A stretch of 59,239 bases of DNA, counting the filler, from Jimgerdemannia flammicorona (taxonomy: Eukaryota): the NCBI GenBank assembly GCA_003990765.1. It is 2 parts of 2 records of this genome, joined end to end, with 100 filler letters (N's around TTAATTAATTAA, not from the genome) between each part and the next. Parts side by side here need not be neighbours in the genome. Positions count along the whole stretch, not along the records: positions 1 to 29,574 come from RBNJ01000484.1; 1 more part is not named here. One strand, given 5' to 3'. Both the position numbers and the translations under genes were made by a program. Position 1 is the first letter of the stretch; each line of letters opens with the position of its first letter. The notes under the pieces are model-generated. The model searched no databases, had not been told where the DNA came from, and was given only the letters and a program-made list of their open reading frames with translations. Positions 1-13,499 of the stretch are shown here, in pieces.

Positions 1-770
1 TAATAAATAGTAAAGTCTAAGAAACTATAAAAAAAAAAAAAATTAATAAATAAGCTTAAGCTAATAATAAGTATTATTATATTTAGTTTAATTATTATTA
101 AATTTATTTAACATCTCTAATATATATTAAATATTTTCTATATTAATAAATAAAAGGTTTTATATATAATAGTAAATATATATCTCTTAAATTATAATAT
201 AGCTAAATTTAGCTTTTAAAGTTTTATTTATAAATTAATAATAACTTTATTAAAAAAAAACTTATTAATAATTTTTATAATTTTCTTTTTTACTTATAAT
301 TAAAATTTTATAAAAAAGTAAATTTTTATTTTTAAATAAATTGAGTTATATTTTCAATAGAAAATGTATTTTGAAAAAAAAACCCTCTCTCTGGTTTTTT
401 TTTTTATTTTCTTAATTATGTTCTCTTTTATAAATTAAGTAATATATATTTCTTCTCTATAATACTATTAGTCTCATCAGAGAGACCTTACTATTCTAAT
501 ATATAGCTTAAAAACTTTTTAATAAATATCTATTAGAGACTTGAAGTATTTCATTATTAATTTTTTAAAAAATAATTATTATCTTATAATTAGAATTATA
601 AATTAAAATATATCTAATTATAAATTTATTCTCTAGTAATATTATCTTTTACAAAATTCTATTGAGGGTTTAAATATCAGATTACTAGTTTTTCAGATAA
701 ATAGAGATCAAGACTTCTTTTTTTTATTGAGCTTCAGTAGAATTTCCTGATTAGCTTAGAGTAGAAGAGA
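1..770. other. Extremely AT-rich, CpG-free segment, probably a terminally mutated repeat relic
   Basis: Composition only: no CpG and no ORF, with an abrupt switch to CpG-containing sequence at ~830. Confidence 0.4.
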
Positions 771-1329
771 TGTGGCTTTAACTGACAGAATTGAGCTACT
801 CTTACAAGACTTTGATTGGTGGACTAATGGTCGTTGTCATTTCAGTTGGTCTTTTTTTTGACAGTTATTTTTATCACGTCAATTATCGTGAAATCACAGA
901 TAAAAATGAACGTGACGTCCTGTTTCTTTAATCATCTAAGCCACCAGAAAGTAACATTTTACGCGACAGTCGTTTCGACGAAAAAAAAAAAAAGGATTAA
1001 CGATTAACCGTAAAGCGACGGACCATTACGACGACGACCAAGACCGTTATCTGCTGAATGACAATGATTAACTGCCAAACGACGATCGCAGGAAAACAAT
1101 TATTTACAACAACGGATCATAGAATAACTGCCGAACGACGGCGACAAAAAAAAATGGCGAATATGACCTGTAGAACGGCAATTAACCGCAGAATGCAGAA
1201 GGACGATCAACAATTAAACGGCTGGACTGGATGACGCAACGACCGGACAAGACATATGTTCTCTTCATTGTCCAAACACTATGGGTACGATTGGGACACG
1301 GGACGTCCTGTTCGGAACATAGCTGGTGA

Positions 1330-3005
1330 TCTATCCAATTGCTCACAACCAAGATGTCATGAAAATTAGCCAGATTGTTCCGCGCTGATGCTGTTTTGGG
1401 ATGCATTGGTCCCAGCACCTTCTCGCGGATCCTCAGTACCTGTTGGTGAAACGGCTCTCGTCATACTTGTCCTGGTATTTGTAGAGCCAAGCCAGATTAT
1501 TCAGAGTTGTTGTGCATTAGTCCTAACACCTGGATTATGTAAAACCCGGCCAAATTGTTGCTCAACCCAGGTGCCCTGGTTTCAATATTTTCTTGCAGAT
1601 TGCCAGCGTCTGCTGGTACAGCGATTCCGCCCTGGGCTTACGCAGAACACAGCCAGATTGTTCAGATTTATTGTTGTGTCTGGGGGTCCTGGTCGCAATA
1701 AGTTCTCGCGGACCATTGGCACAGCGGCTCTGCTTTGTCTTGTAGAGCCCACCCAGATTGTTCAGAGTTGCTGTGTCTGGGTGCTCCGATCCCAGTTCGC
1801 CAACGGTCATTGGTACCGCAGTTCCGCCTCGTCGTACTATTTCTGAGTGCTCTAATCCCAACATCTTCTCGCAAATTACCAACTCTCTTGGTAAAGCGGT
1901 TCTGCCTCCTCGGACTTGTCCTGGCTTTGTTGAGAGCTCAGCTAGAATACCGAGGAAATGACTGTGTTGGGGTGCTCTGTCCAATTGTATGTATTGAACA
2001 TATAAATATTTATGAAATGCACAACTGCTCGTTATGAGGAAGCTGTGGTCATTTGATCTTGATTATTTAGTTGTACAAAAAATTGTTTGACATGAGGAAG
2101 GCGTATATACTTCGTGTGCCTTTTCGGACTCGAGAATCATGATACTCTTGGGGGATTACTTCTCGCTTAATACAGCAACAATGTGCTTTATTTGCTGCAG
2201 ATTCTTATTACTGTTCATTGCACCATGAACGACAATTTGAACCAAGCGGTAGATCGCAAGCATGTCACTAGCAATTTTGGAACTGACATTAAAATCGACA
2301 TTACTTTTGCATTCTATACCTTCTGAGATTGTTTGTCCAAAAAAAAAAAAAAAAAAAAAAAACCATTTGTTCACAAATGAATGCGAGGGTATTGTGCCGT
2401 TGTTGGAAACGATACACGGAAATTGTGTCTGGTCGGAGAAACTCCGATGCGCCAAGGATTCGCGTTATAAATGGATTTCGCCCGCTGATTTTTTGACCGA
2501 CAAATTCCATTTTCTCCTTGTAACTGTTTGGTGTGGCATTATCAGATTTTGGATTAACTAACTTTAGATGGGCTATGAATGATCCTTCTGTAGAATCGTG
2601 CCGAGTCATAGACTAGCTCTTGCACCACTTGATTGTTTTGGTATCGTCCAATAGAGGTGTGAACCGAACAGAAGGCCTCGTTGGTAATCTTGTCACCGTC
2701 GTTCACGTTGAATGCCAGTTGGCGGAATATAGTCGCATTATCCTTATCCAAAAGTAGAAACTATCTTGTCCTTGATTCAAGCTATTTAAATATTCGATTA
2801 ACCAGCTTGTCCTTATTCCCAGAATTTGACATGAAGCCAGAAACTATAAGAATATTGTTCACGATTCGAGTAGTATTCCGGATCTCCCTATCTCATCATC
2901 TTTGATGGTCACCGGCATGTGTATATACATCTTTCGATTAGTTGCCATTGATTGTCCCTTGTAACTTCCAAAATATCCTCTCGGCATACAAATTGGATTC
3001 AGGGC
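1330..3005 (-). pseudogene. Decayed NB-ARC (STAND) + TPR-repeat protein, fungal NLR-type
   Basis: Minus-strand fragments across frameshifts occur in the expected order: NP/FVCREDILE (~2960-3000, cf. RNPxFVGRE), K*LESRTR*FLLLD (cf. Walker B WLLILDN), RILGASEFLRPDTI, LAIYRLVQIVV (cf. IHRLVQ), LPHV. Kinesin-light-chain-type TPRs follow: EKMLGLEH, LGSEHPDTATLNNLGGLY, LGPMHPKTASARNNLANF. Confidence 0.75.
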
Positions 3006-3055
3006 TTAATTAAACTAGAAACGTCGTCTTAGAAGTATTGCTAATGTTGTGAGTG

Positions 3056-3160
3056 GATGATTGATAGGAAAAATTACTTCAAGCATATTATATACGTAAT
3101 TGTGAATAGGTGATTGATGATAGGAAAAAAATTACTTCAAGTATATTACGTATGTAATTG
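3056..3160 (+). repeat. Imperfect direct duplication of ~45-50 bp
   Basis: TGATAGGAAAAATTACTTCAAG(C/T)ATATTA..TA(C/T)GTAATTG occurs twice, ~55 bp apart. Confidence 0.8.
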
Positions 3161-5672
3161 CTCCGAATTGTACCAGGATCGGTCTACCAATACAGTACGG
3201 TCTGTTTGGTGGTCCGCGTGTCCTTCTGCATTCTTTGTTTAGATCAACCGTCCATGATCTCGAGTTTTGTGTTGTTTCTGAATTGAGTCTCCGCCTCAAC
3301 CTTTTTACGTGTCCTTGAATGAACTTACTCTGCCTTAGAAAATGACTGACTTTATTGACTAAGAAACACGGTGAATATTTGTACAAAATAATACTACTAA
3401 CAATCAAAAAGCAATTGTGCCATATAACTGCGAGTTGCAATGGACTTGCGTAAATACGCGGGCTTACGGCCCAGATTATGCATGTGTGTCTTGCGTGATG
3501 CCAATCACGAGACGCTCGCACAAGACGCTCCACGAGACATTGACACAAAGACCCTGTGTTATATATGTATAATGCAGATTTCCTGATCAGTGCTCCTGGT
3601 GTTACATTATGATCGTTGCTCCTGAAATCGCATAATGGCAAACTGATCATTTACAAACACGCAACTTTCCACAAATTTACATGAGAAAATGGAATTCCTG
3701 ACAATAATGGCCAATGTATACCAAAGACAATGAGTCCAATCCTCCCGCGACCTCGATGCCATACGCGTGGGGCAGAATGTGCTTCTGACCAACAATGTGG
3801 AGCTCAAAAATGTGGTGCTGATCAACAATGGGTATCTGCAACGAGTGCATGTTCACAAATGGAAGGTGTCTCAGCCTTCTACTTTCGTTCCGTGTCATCA
3901 CCCTCGTTCCAGACTCGATCGTCCTGCCAAACGCTCTCAATGCTTCTGAGTGAACAGGTTTAAACATGTATTGAACTGTCATAATCAAGAAAATCGAGAT
4001 AAAATCGATATGCTGTTCCTTTATCACTCCATACCCTGAACTGGGAAGCAGACCAGAATGGATTGAGTGGGTCATTATAGCGTCAGATATCGCCAAGAAT
4101 CTCTTCGGTGTATATGATACATTTCGGCGATTTGATTCAGATATCAGCAGTGGCGTGGAATTATTTATTGTAAATGTTTGCAACGCATTCGAGACAGAAC
4201 ATTCCTCATGTACGCATTCGCCCAATATACAAAATATATACTCATCCAATTGATGATTATCCACGGGGGTCGGGAGTTAGCGGAGGGTTGGGTTTGAAGT
4301 AGTAAAACAGGGATTTAATTGTTACCGATGGTAGGCGTCCGAACGGGACGATGCGTCCAATTCAGAGTCAACTCATTCAAATTGCTGTAGGAGCTTTTGA
4401 TGGCTGTATTCTATCCGAGTTGACAAAAATGATCCGAACACTAAAGAATAGACGATATGGACGTCTGGACGAGTTCGCAGCTTTGACATGCATAAGCACG
4501 AAAGTAGATTTTACCGGGGTATTTCAGATTATAATGAAATGAATTCTACAGAATCCAAAATCGACAGACTGCTCACATTTATGATCGAACTCTCTCGTCA
4601 GCCATCGCTGATTACCCGGAGGCGATGTCAAATTCGTCAGGGTGAGGTCGCAGAGGCAAGGAGGGAGGCGCGATCTATAGGCAACGACACGTGAAAGCAA
4701 TACTGACAGTCAATTTATGGGGAAGACCTAGTAGATTCTAGTGGCATCTCATGTTTTTCCATTATCAAGAATGTATTTTTAACACAAACAAAATTTCCTC
4801 TGTAATCATCAAAAACATCTTTTTATTTTTATTTTCTCAAAGCCAGTCATTCAAAAAAAAAAAAACAGTTCTATTGCGTAAAGCGATTCAAGAAATTGCG
4901 CAAGAAAAGGTCCTCAAGTAACTAAACAAAAACCGGAAACGCCCTGACGACATAACATCTAGCAAAACCACTTGTTCCCTAGGCTATTCGCGACGCCGAA
5001 AACGTCACAGCCTGTCGTCATCACAGTTAACTATGGAGCGCCTTATACTTCGCTTTCCCTTTTGAATTTGTACCTGACGCCCAGGACAATTATTTAGTTT
5101 TGATCACTTAGCAAGAACACCTAGCGATGTCGTTCTGACATCATCGACAAATTCACTTACGAGGCCGCCAGGAACTAGTTGATCGTTATCGCTGGATATG
5201 GCGCGGCAAAATCGATCAGCCGAAAATACGTCCTAGTCCCAAAAAGCGAAGAGCAACGTCGTCTGGAACGACCATGCGAATCGGCAGAATTGATTATCGA
5301 CGAAATCTCAGTTTAACTCAAGGAGGCTAAACTAAGTCATTATAATACTCATCATCTAAATTAATTAATTACATTTAGTCATAGTTGGTGCCTTCTAAAT
5401 GAATTATATAATTGGGATAATGAAATTAAATACATATCTAGGTACTTTTTATCATGACTCGATAAGAAGGCTATAAATATGAAGCATTTTAAACCTTTAA
5501 AGTTATAAAAATCAGACTATATTGATTTAATGAAAAATACATTTGGAGTCAATAACCAATCATGCGATCTTAGCCTTTGTTTGGTTTAGTTCTCGTGGTC
5601 AGATACGCCATTGGTTGCACAGTAAAAAGGCTCTCAACTTCGCAATCCCCAGAAAATACGAGAAAATACGAA

Positions 5673-8600
5673 ATGGAATCCACACACTTCAATGTATCCA
5701 TTGACGTCGCTGCAAAGCGATCATATACCATCCCAAGTCGGAACAATTCGGTCATTCAGCTGCCGCGCCAAAGTTCAGTTGGTACGTTAGAGAAGACCCC
5801 GCATAGAACGACCGCCCTTTCGCCTTGTGTCGCAGAAGTCAAATCCTTTACTTATTTGCTTTCTCTTTCAAATAGGAAATGACCAAATCCATTACTTTTG
5901 GGGGACTGCTAGCATAACTGAAGATTTTTATTTTGAGATAACTCTCAAGCGTGAACACGCGCCAAGGTGTGTTCACATTGAAAGTCAAATTTCTTTATGA
6001 CCTACTGCGCTGACCGTTTTCAAACCATCCCCCCCACACACACACACCCATTGAAGCGCCGTTTGGCTAGGATTTGTATACGAAAAATGGTTCACGCTGA
6101 AGGAGGATGAAAAATTCGGACCCGGTGAGCAACATATGGGTGTTTTCTTAGAAACGTTTGCCTCTCGATAACTCCAACTAATTTAATTCAGGTCTCGAGC
6201 AGGACGCCACCACATGGAACTACGAGGCGGTAACAGGGTCCTTGAAGTTTGGAAGCATGTTATATATGCACGATCCGAGCACAGTTGATGCTGATACCAC
6301 CATTGGATTTGGCGTGACGAACTATAAAGACAACGAAGAAGACTACTGGTCGGTCATTTATATAAGAGGTGATGGCAAAGGAAAAGGTAGGGTATCTCAA
6401 CAATGAATTACATCCAATACAATGTACCGATATTGTCTTCTTATTTCTTTTCTCAACCTTATTCTCAACCACAGAGATCGTGAGAAAGGAATGTCTTCCC
6501 AACGGGCTTTATCCTGTCATCCGCCTCGTACAGTCTAGTCCAGATCTCGTGATCAACTCCACGGCGTCCTTCAAGTATCAAGGCCAGCAACTTTTTCACA
6601 TGCCACACCAAGCTCCCGTTGGACTGTTTGAGTGTTCGCCGGATCGTCGCTACGCAGCTTGCTTCAGTGGGGATGATGGGATCCTCACTCTTTGGCGTCT
6701 TTACTGTGGACAGGACCCCGAGTTCGTTCAGCATATATCTGTTCCAGATTTCACACTCAGGGAGTTTGACGACCCTGATGTTTTGTCCCGACAGCTCCCT
6801 CACGAACAGTTCAGTCTTGCTGTTTCAAACACTGTCGATGTCGAATTACCCCAACTCGTTTTAGGTCGTTATCATACCAACCTTCCTCTAGAGGACCATC
6901 AACTTCGTTTCCTGAGCTACGACGGTACAGATCGCCGTCGCATTCGTTCGAAAAATTTCGTCGGCCGTTCGTTAAATATCGTTGGCAATATCTACATTCT
7001 GGATGATGGCAAAACCCTGCTGGTAATAGATTCGGAACGCCTCTTTGTGGTGGACATGAAATTGCGATCGCTACTCCACACGTTTGATAGAAACCATTTG
7101 GACGTCATTAACTCGGTACCGGCCTTCGGACTGAGTTCAGCGCTGGCGATGGACAGCAAACCCCCGTTGAAACCACTAGGGCTGGATCATTTTCTATGGC
7201 ACAATGCCCCAAATTACACGACAATGTGGCATGTCCCGACTGGTCGTTTGGTGCAAGCTTTTCGCTACACATTTCAATTGGGCGACAAATACGACCACGA
7301 TACATGTCGCAATCTCGTCGCGTTCTACGGCATCAACGGCTTGAAGATTTTCACCACCCAGACCGGTATCTCCATTTGCGAAGCTAACCGCTTGGATATG
7401 AGTGAGATGAAGGTTGTCGGCGTGAAATTCGTTACGTTCAATCGTGATCCTCTCCTCGTGACAATTGATGGCAGTGACTTGGACTGCGTTTTAGGCGTGT
7501 GGAATCCTTTGACAGGCTTGAGAGTTAAGGAAGATATCCTGATTACGCACACGCTTTCCAATGAGTTCAAACATTCTGACGTCGTCATCGATGGCACGGA
7601 AAAATTATCGTCGATCTCTTTCGTGACACCTCTCAAGGCCACCGTCGCCCGCTTTTTTATGGAAAACCTAAACGGCACACAACCACCGCCCGTTGACAAC
7701 AATTCTTCCGAAAAATTGATACTCGAAAATCCGCCTGTGGAATATCTGCTCCATGGACAGTCCAACCAACCGTCGGTCGCAAAGCTCAAGGTGGTGCCGC
7801 ACAAAGGCCCACCTAAGGAATGCCACGTGGAAATATCGGGTTTCAAGCAACATCCAGGTAAAAGATTTATTGATTGTGACTTCTGTCATGGATAAAATGC
7901 CAAATAATCCTATTGACTATCTCATTAATCCAGTGGATATTCGTCCTGAACCGTGGAATAACCACGCGCTGGCGTGTCATTGGATATCCAACGATCGTTT
8001 TGTGGTTGTTGGCAAACACGCCGTGCAGATAATTAACGCTAGAACATCGACCTATACCAAGCACATGATAGAATTCGGGTGGTGCCTCCCCTCCGCGGAC
8101 GCAACCATCACTGTAATTAAACTCATCACACCTCAGGATGGCGAGACCGTCCAGTTGATGGAGGTGGAATACCGGCATGATGAGAAAACGCATAAAGAAA
8201 CTCTCGATATCGTAACCCTTTCAATTTCGCTCAAACATGCGTCACGTTATCTTCAATTCGCTGGGGAGAACCACAGAAGCAGGGCCAGCGCGGCGTACGA
8301 GAAAGCTTTGAAGCAGTGGTTGGAGTCGCCCGAGATCTTACTTATCAACGAGGTTGAATTCGAAACTAAGACATCCACTTTCGGTCACATGGTTCGAGGT
8401 CCGTCCGTCGCAGCTGCTACACGAACGAAAACAGTATTGAAAGCCAACGCCTACCGCCCCATTTTTTATGATAATAAGTTTTGGGATCAGAGTGCGCTGA
8501 TGGAAGCATTGGACATTGGAAATTTCGTGGTAGTCGAAGACATTGTGAGGTACTGCTTGAAAGACGTATTGAAGAAAGACGGTGCGTTGTTGGAACCTGG

Positions 8601-10316
8601 TTACGTCGCAATTGTCATCGGTGCTTTGCCAACCATTGCTCGTGCAAAGCCTCTAATGGCTGCTCTCATTGCACAGTGCATCTCACACATTCAACTTCAT
8701 CGATATATTTCTGGATATCCTGAGATGGAACTTGACACCAGGAATTTCCACAATGGCGTTTTCGCGCGCGTTGAGCAACTTTCCAATGTTGAACCTTTTC
8801 CGTCTGCAACGCAAGCTTCGGACCATAAATCTCCACTTCGAGTATGGTGGGCGAAACAACAACAAGCACTCACCGCATGGTGGAACAAGGAACGACTACC
8901 TCATCCTGTACGCCTGTGCATATCTCCTCTTTACGGCCTCAATCGCTATCCAGACGATCGGCATTTCAAGCCGAGCGTGTTTGCTCAACTCGCCTTCCGC
9001 CAAAGTCCAATGTTTGACGAGCCGGCCTTCTCTGCCGTCGTTCAATATAAATGGAATGTGTTTGCAAGGCGGTACCATCACGTTCTCCTTGCCTTGTATA
9101 CTGCCTATGCCGTCATTTATTTAATCGCCGTCAGTATTTCACCGTACACGCTCATGATCCCCGCGGTCAAAGGCATATTGATCACTCTCACTGTAGCCTT
9201 TCTGGTCTTCCTTGATATCCGGCCGTTGTTGATGCGATGGAATAGTATAACCTACTGGTTGTCCATCTACCATTGGGTCGATCGTGCTGCATTTGTCCTT
9301 GTACTTATTAGCACGATCCTCACGTCACCGGATTATGACAAAACGGTTGATCTCCAGGCGTGGACAGTTCTTTCTCTTTGGTTCTTTGTCGTCTTCAACC
9401 TTAGAGTATTCCAAGGGTTGGTTGGGGTTCTTTTTTTTTTTGGTTGTTGTTGTAATATACATGCTTTCCAACCTCATACATAACCTTTCTGTTTTCTGTC
9501 TTCCACTTTCGTTGTGTATACCAGCTTAGGTCTATTTTTCACGTTACTGGTTCGGATTCTGGGCAACCTTGGTTGGCTAGCTGTTCTCATGACGGCGATC
9601 ATTTTCGCCTTCGCTCAGGCAATGTGGGTCCTCCTCCGTAACGCACCTGCACCTGCGTCAGGCAATCCATTCGCCAGCATGGATGGTTCGCTAAACACAC
9701 TGTGGCAATTCTTGAGCAGTGACTTCAATGCGATCGACTCGTGGAATTCCGGACGATCGACAGACATTATGAGGGTACTGTTCACATTTATCAGCACGAT
9801 GGTGCTGCTAAATATGTTGAGTGAGTCTAATAATTCATTCTGCTTTTGGCCCTCCTTTCTTCGTGTCCGCTTCAAACATATAAGAATAATACACAAATAT
9901 TGCACCACATACAATTGTTTAACTGTTCCCTTCTTGCTGCGTATGCAGTTGCCGTCCTGAATAATGTGTATACTGGCACAAGGGAAATTGCCCGAAAGAG
10001 GTGGATCCGAAACAGAGCCGAGTTCATTGCCACGGTGGAAGTGTTTATGTTGTCAGCAAGACAACGACAGAACAGGTGAGGTTTAGAATGCTTTCAACGG
10101 CCTTTCGTTGTCACCGTGGTTTTTTAATCTTTCAGTTGCGAAATTTTTAGGAACTGGTTTCCAGCGATGGTGTTTTATGAGGTGTCTCCCGACAAATTCC
10201 AACGTTATGAGGAAACGGTGAAGAGCAAGCACCCCTGGATGAACTTGCAAAGTGACACGGAAAGTACTCATGTTACTCAGGTGTTAAGTGACACTGAAAG
10301 TACTCATGTAAAGTGA
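5673..10316 (+). CDS. SPRY-domain / beta-propeller-like / TRP-like cation channel protein, 9 exons, 1305 aa
   Basis: Exons are 5673-5781, 5876-5966, 6057-6124, 6192-6386, 6475-7857, 7934-9416, 9525-9820, 9949-10075 and 10151-10316. All introns are GT-AG with consistent phases, totalling 3918 nt. The N-terminus is SPRY-like (FYFEITL..VWLGFV..TTIGFGV..LYPVIRL). A WD-like segment follows (ECSPDRRYAACFSGDDGILTLW). The C-terminus has AVVQYKWN, hydrophobic helices, the spliced S6 motif LLNMLIAVLNNVY, then W...RAEFIA and RNWFP. Confidence 0.9.
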
Positions 10317-11280
10317 ACCCTTGACATAATCACACTTGATATAGTCATACCTTGATATAATTATGCTACAAGCCTCCAATATAAGGGTTATTATTTCTTA
10401 GTTCATATTATAACATAAATTTCATTAAAAAAAAAAAAAAAAAATTATGATATTTTGTGCAAATTTAAATATAAACGAACTTAAAGTGTATGAGGGGCAC
10501 GATTATAACACCCTATCTTGGTATTATCAATCAAAGGTTCACTCGTATTGGATTTATTGTTACCAAAGAGAACGTCCTTTTTCTAAATTCAAGACCCATC
10601 AATTGCAAAAGAAACCAACAAGGATCGACAATACCCTTTAAACCCTAGAAAGAACAGTCCTAGCAACTTTGAACTCGTCTAAGAACAATACCCACGTTCC
10701 AAGATCTACGCCATATAACTCGAAAGAGCAAGCAAAAAAAAAAAAAAAAACGTCTCGGACATCGCCATAAAAATCACCATCTTAGAAACATTGACAACTT
10801 GGGCAAATTCGAACTGGCCTCACCAATATTATAACTTCTGCAATGTTTTCAATACATTTTCTGGATAAAAGGCCGAATATATGCTACCGTGCGACCATAA
10901 TCGGAGCCATGATGGGAAGGCAACGGTGCTCAAAGTTCGGTACCAGGATTTTGTGATGTTACTATGTGCCACGCAAATCTATAAACCTCAGTAAACTTTA
11001 AAAGTATAGAACACCATAAAAAAAAAATAAAAAAATTAAAAATTAAAAAATGGCTTTCATAGAAATGGTTATTGATTGATTTATTATAATTCTACGAATT
11101 CAGAATTTTTATTTAAGAGGAACTTTTTATAAGGTCAGGTCAAATTTTGGCTGCCAGCATTATTCCTAAAATGAAAACACTATATAATTTTATAATATTG
11201 TATAAATTTTATAATAACTATTTGTCATAAAAATTAAAATAAATATATTAAATTAATATATTATTATTATATAATTTAAT

Positions 11281-11902
<622 letters not shown>

Positions 11903-12184
11903 ATTTATAATAATCTATATTAAAAGGATTTTTCTGAATTTTAGTTTTGATTGATTTATTTTTAATTTATAGTTTTTTTTTTTAATTCTCTTTTTATAAG
12001 TATATAAACACTTAATCCTAATTTATATTATATATATAGACAAAAGTATTCTCTTGCTACAGCAATAGCTAGTAGTCTAGAAGAAATTAGATATAGAAAG
12101 TTCTGGGACCCTCAACTCTCTCCTTTCTTTTAACTCATTCTCTTTACTATCTAGATATTCTATTCTATCTATAATAAATATATA

Positions 12185-13490
12185 TGTTATAGAGAATAAT
12201 TATACTTATTGAAGTACAAGAGTGCTTTGATATAGTTAAGTCAGATGAAATCTGAGATTTAGGCTATATATTAGCAAATGTTCAAATAGAAATATGTAAC
12301 TAGATTCAAGAAATAGAACTTGAGAAGTTTAATTACATTCAGAAGATTTAAGTAAATATATAATAACTAACTAAACTGATCTTTATTGAAGTATTCAGTA
12401 GGGGTATTTATATATAAAGAATAGAAAGAAGAAGAAACAGATAGAATATTATTAAGCTAGATGTTGAACAATAAGACATACTTGGTGGAACTTGGTAGAA
12501 TATTACAGAGAGTTATTAATTATTAATTAGTAATCAATGAAATCTTGGCAGAACTATTTAGAAAATAAGTTCTTGATAAATGACTAAGTAATTCTATACT
12601 ATTCTAAGATATTCTAAAATATTTTACTAAGTAATATAATAAAGAAAAAGATAATAATTTGACAAAAGAAAATAAAATATAGAGGATTATTACATTCTTC
12701 CTTATTTGAAAGAGAACATTGCTCTTAATGTTCATATTCATAGAGAGCTTATTAGACATTCTTGAAATTTTTAATAGGTTTTTAAGTACTATCATACTCA
12801 GAGTAGTCAATCTATTTGACAAGATACTTAGTGCAATTGTAATACATATATTTGTCAAGAATCTTATCAACTTTATACTCAATATGACTATCAACCAAAA
12901 GAAGTGCTAATGGCTGAGAAGTCTGATTCAGATACTTATATAGATTATTATAATATGATTTAAGTAAGAGATATAGAAAACAGAATATATGTAAATAGTT
13001 TATAATAGTATTAACATATATTCTATAGAGGATACTTGTTCAAATATCTCATAAGGATCAATATATTTTACTTGAAGTTTTTTTGGAAGAGTGGTTGACT
13101 TGAGATATTAAATTGAGATTTATAGTAGATAAGAGTACTTAATTTCTAATTTTGAATTCAATCTCCTATCTTCTAAGATTAGTATATTTGGCTTGTTATG
13201 TCTGAGTCTTGAGAAAGTTATCTTTAATAACTTGAATCATTATAGTCATATTGTCAATGAGATCTTAAGAGATAGAAACTTTAGAGAGTTTTTTCCCAAC
13301 TTAAGCAAGTAGGCTTAATGGAGTTTGTACATCTTGACTATATAGTAACTTAAAAGGTATGAAGTCTGTTAAGGCTTATATAGAGTTGTTATAGATAAAT
13401 TCTACAAAGATAAGATATTGTTCTCAGTTATCTTATTTATAAGAAATATAGTTTCTTAACATCTGTTCAAGAGTCTGATTTACTACTAGT
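12185..13490 (-). mobile_element. Degenerate Ty3/Gypsy chromovirus 3' end: integrase C-terminus, chromodomain, PPT and 3' LTR (12185-12694)
   Basis: Minus-strand translation gives VNQTLEQMLRNY..EFIYNNS and a chromodomain relic EYKVDKILDK..KYLVK*IDY. A purine tract precedes TGTAATA at 12694, and the LTR ends ATAACA at 12185. Confidence 0.75.
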
Positions 13491-13499
13491 AACTAATAT

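Noticed and set aside
7753..7933. Overlapping ORFs 6369-7895 and 7753-9483 suggesting two genes or a programmed frameshift
   Set aside because: Explained by a 76-nt GT-AG intron (7858-7933).
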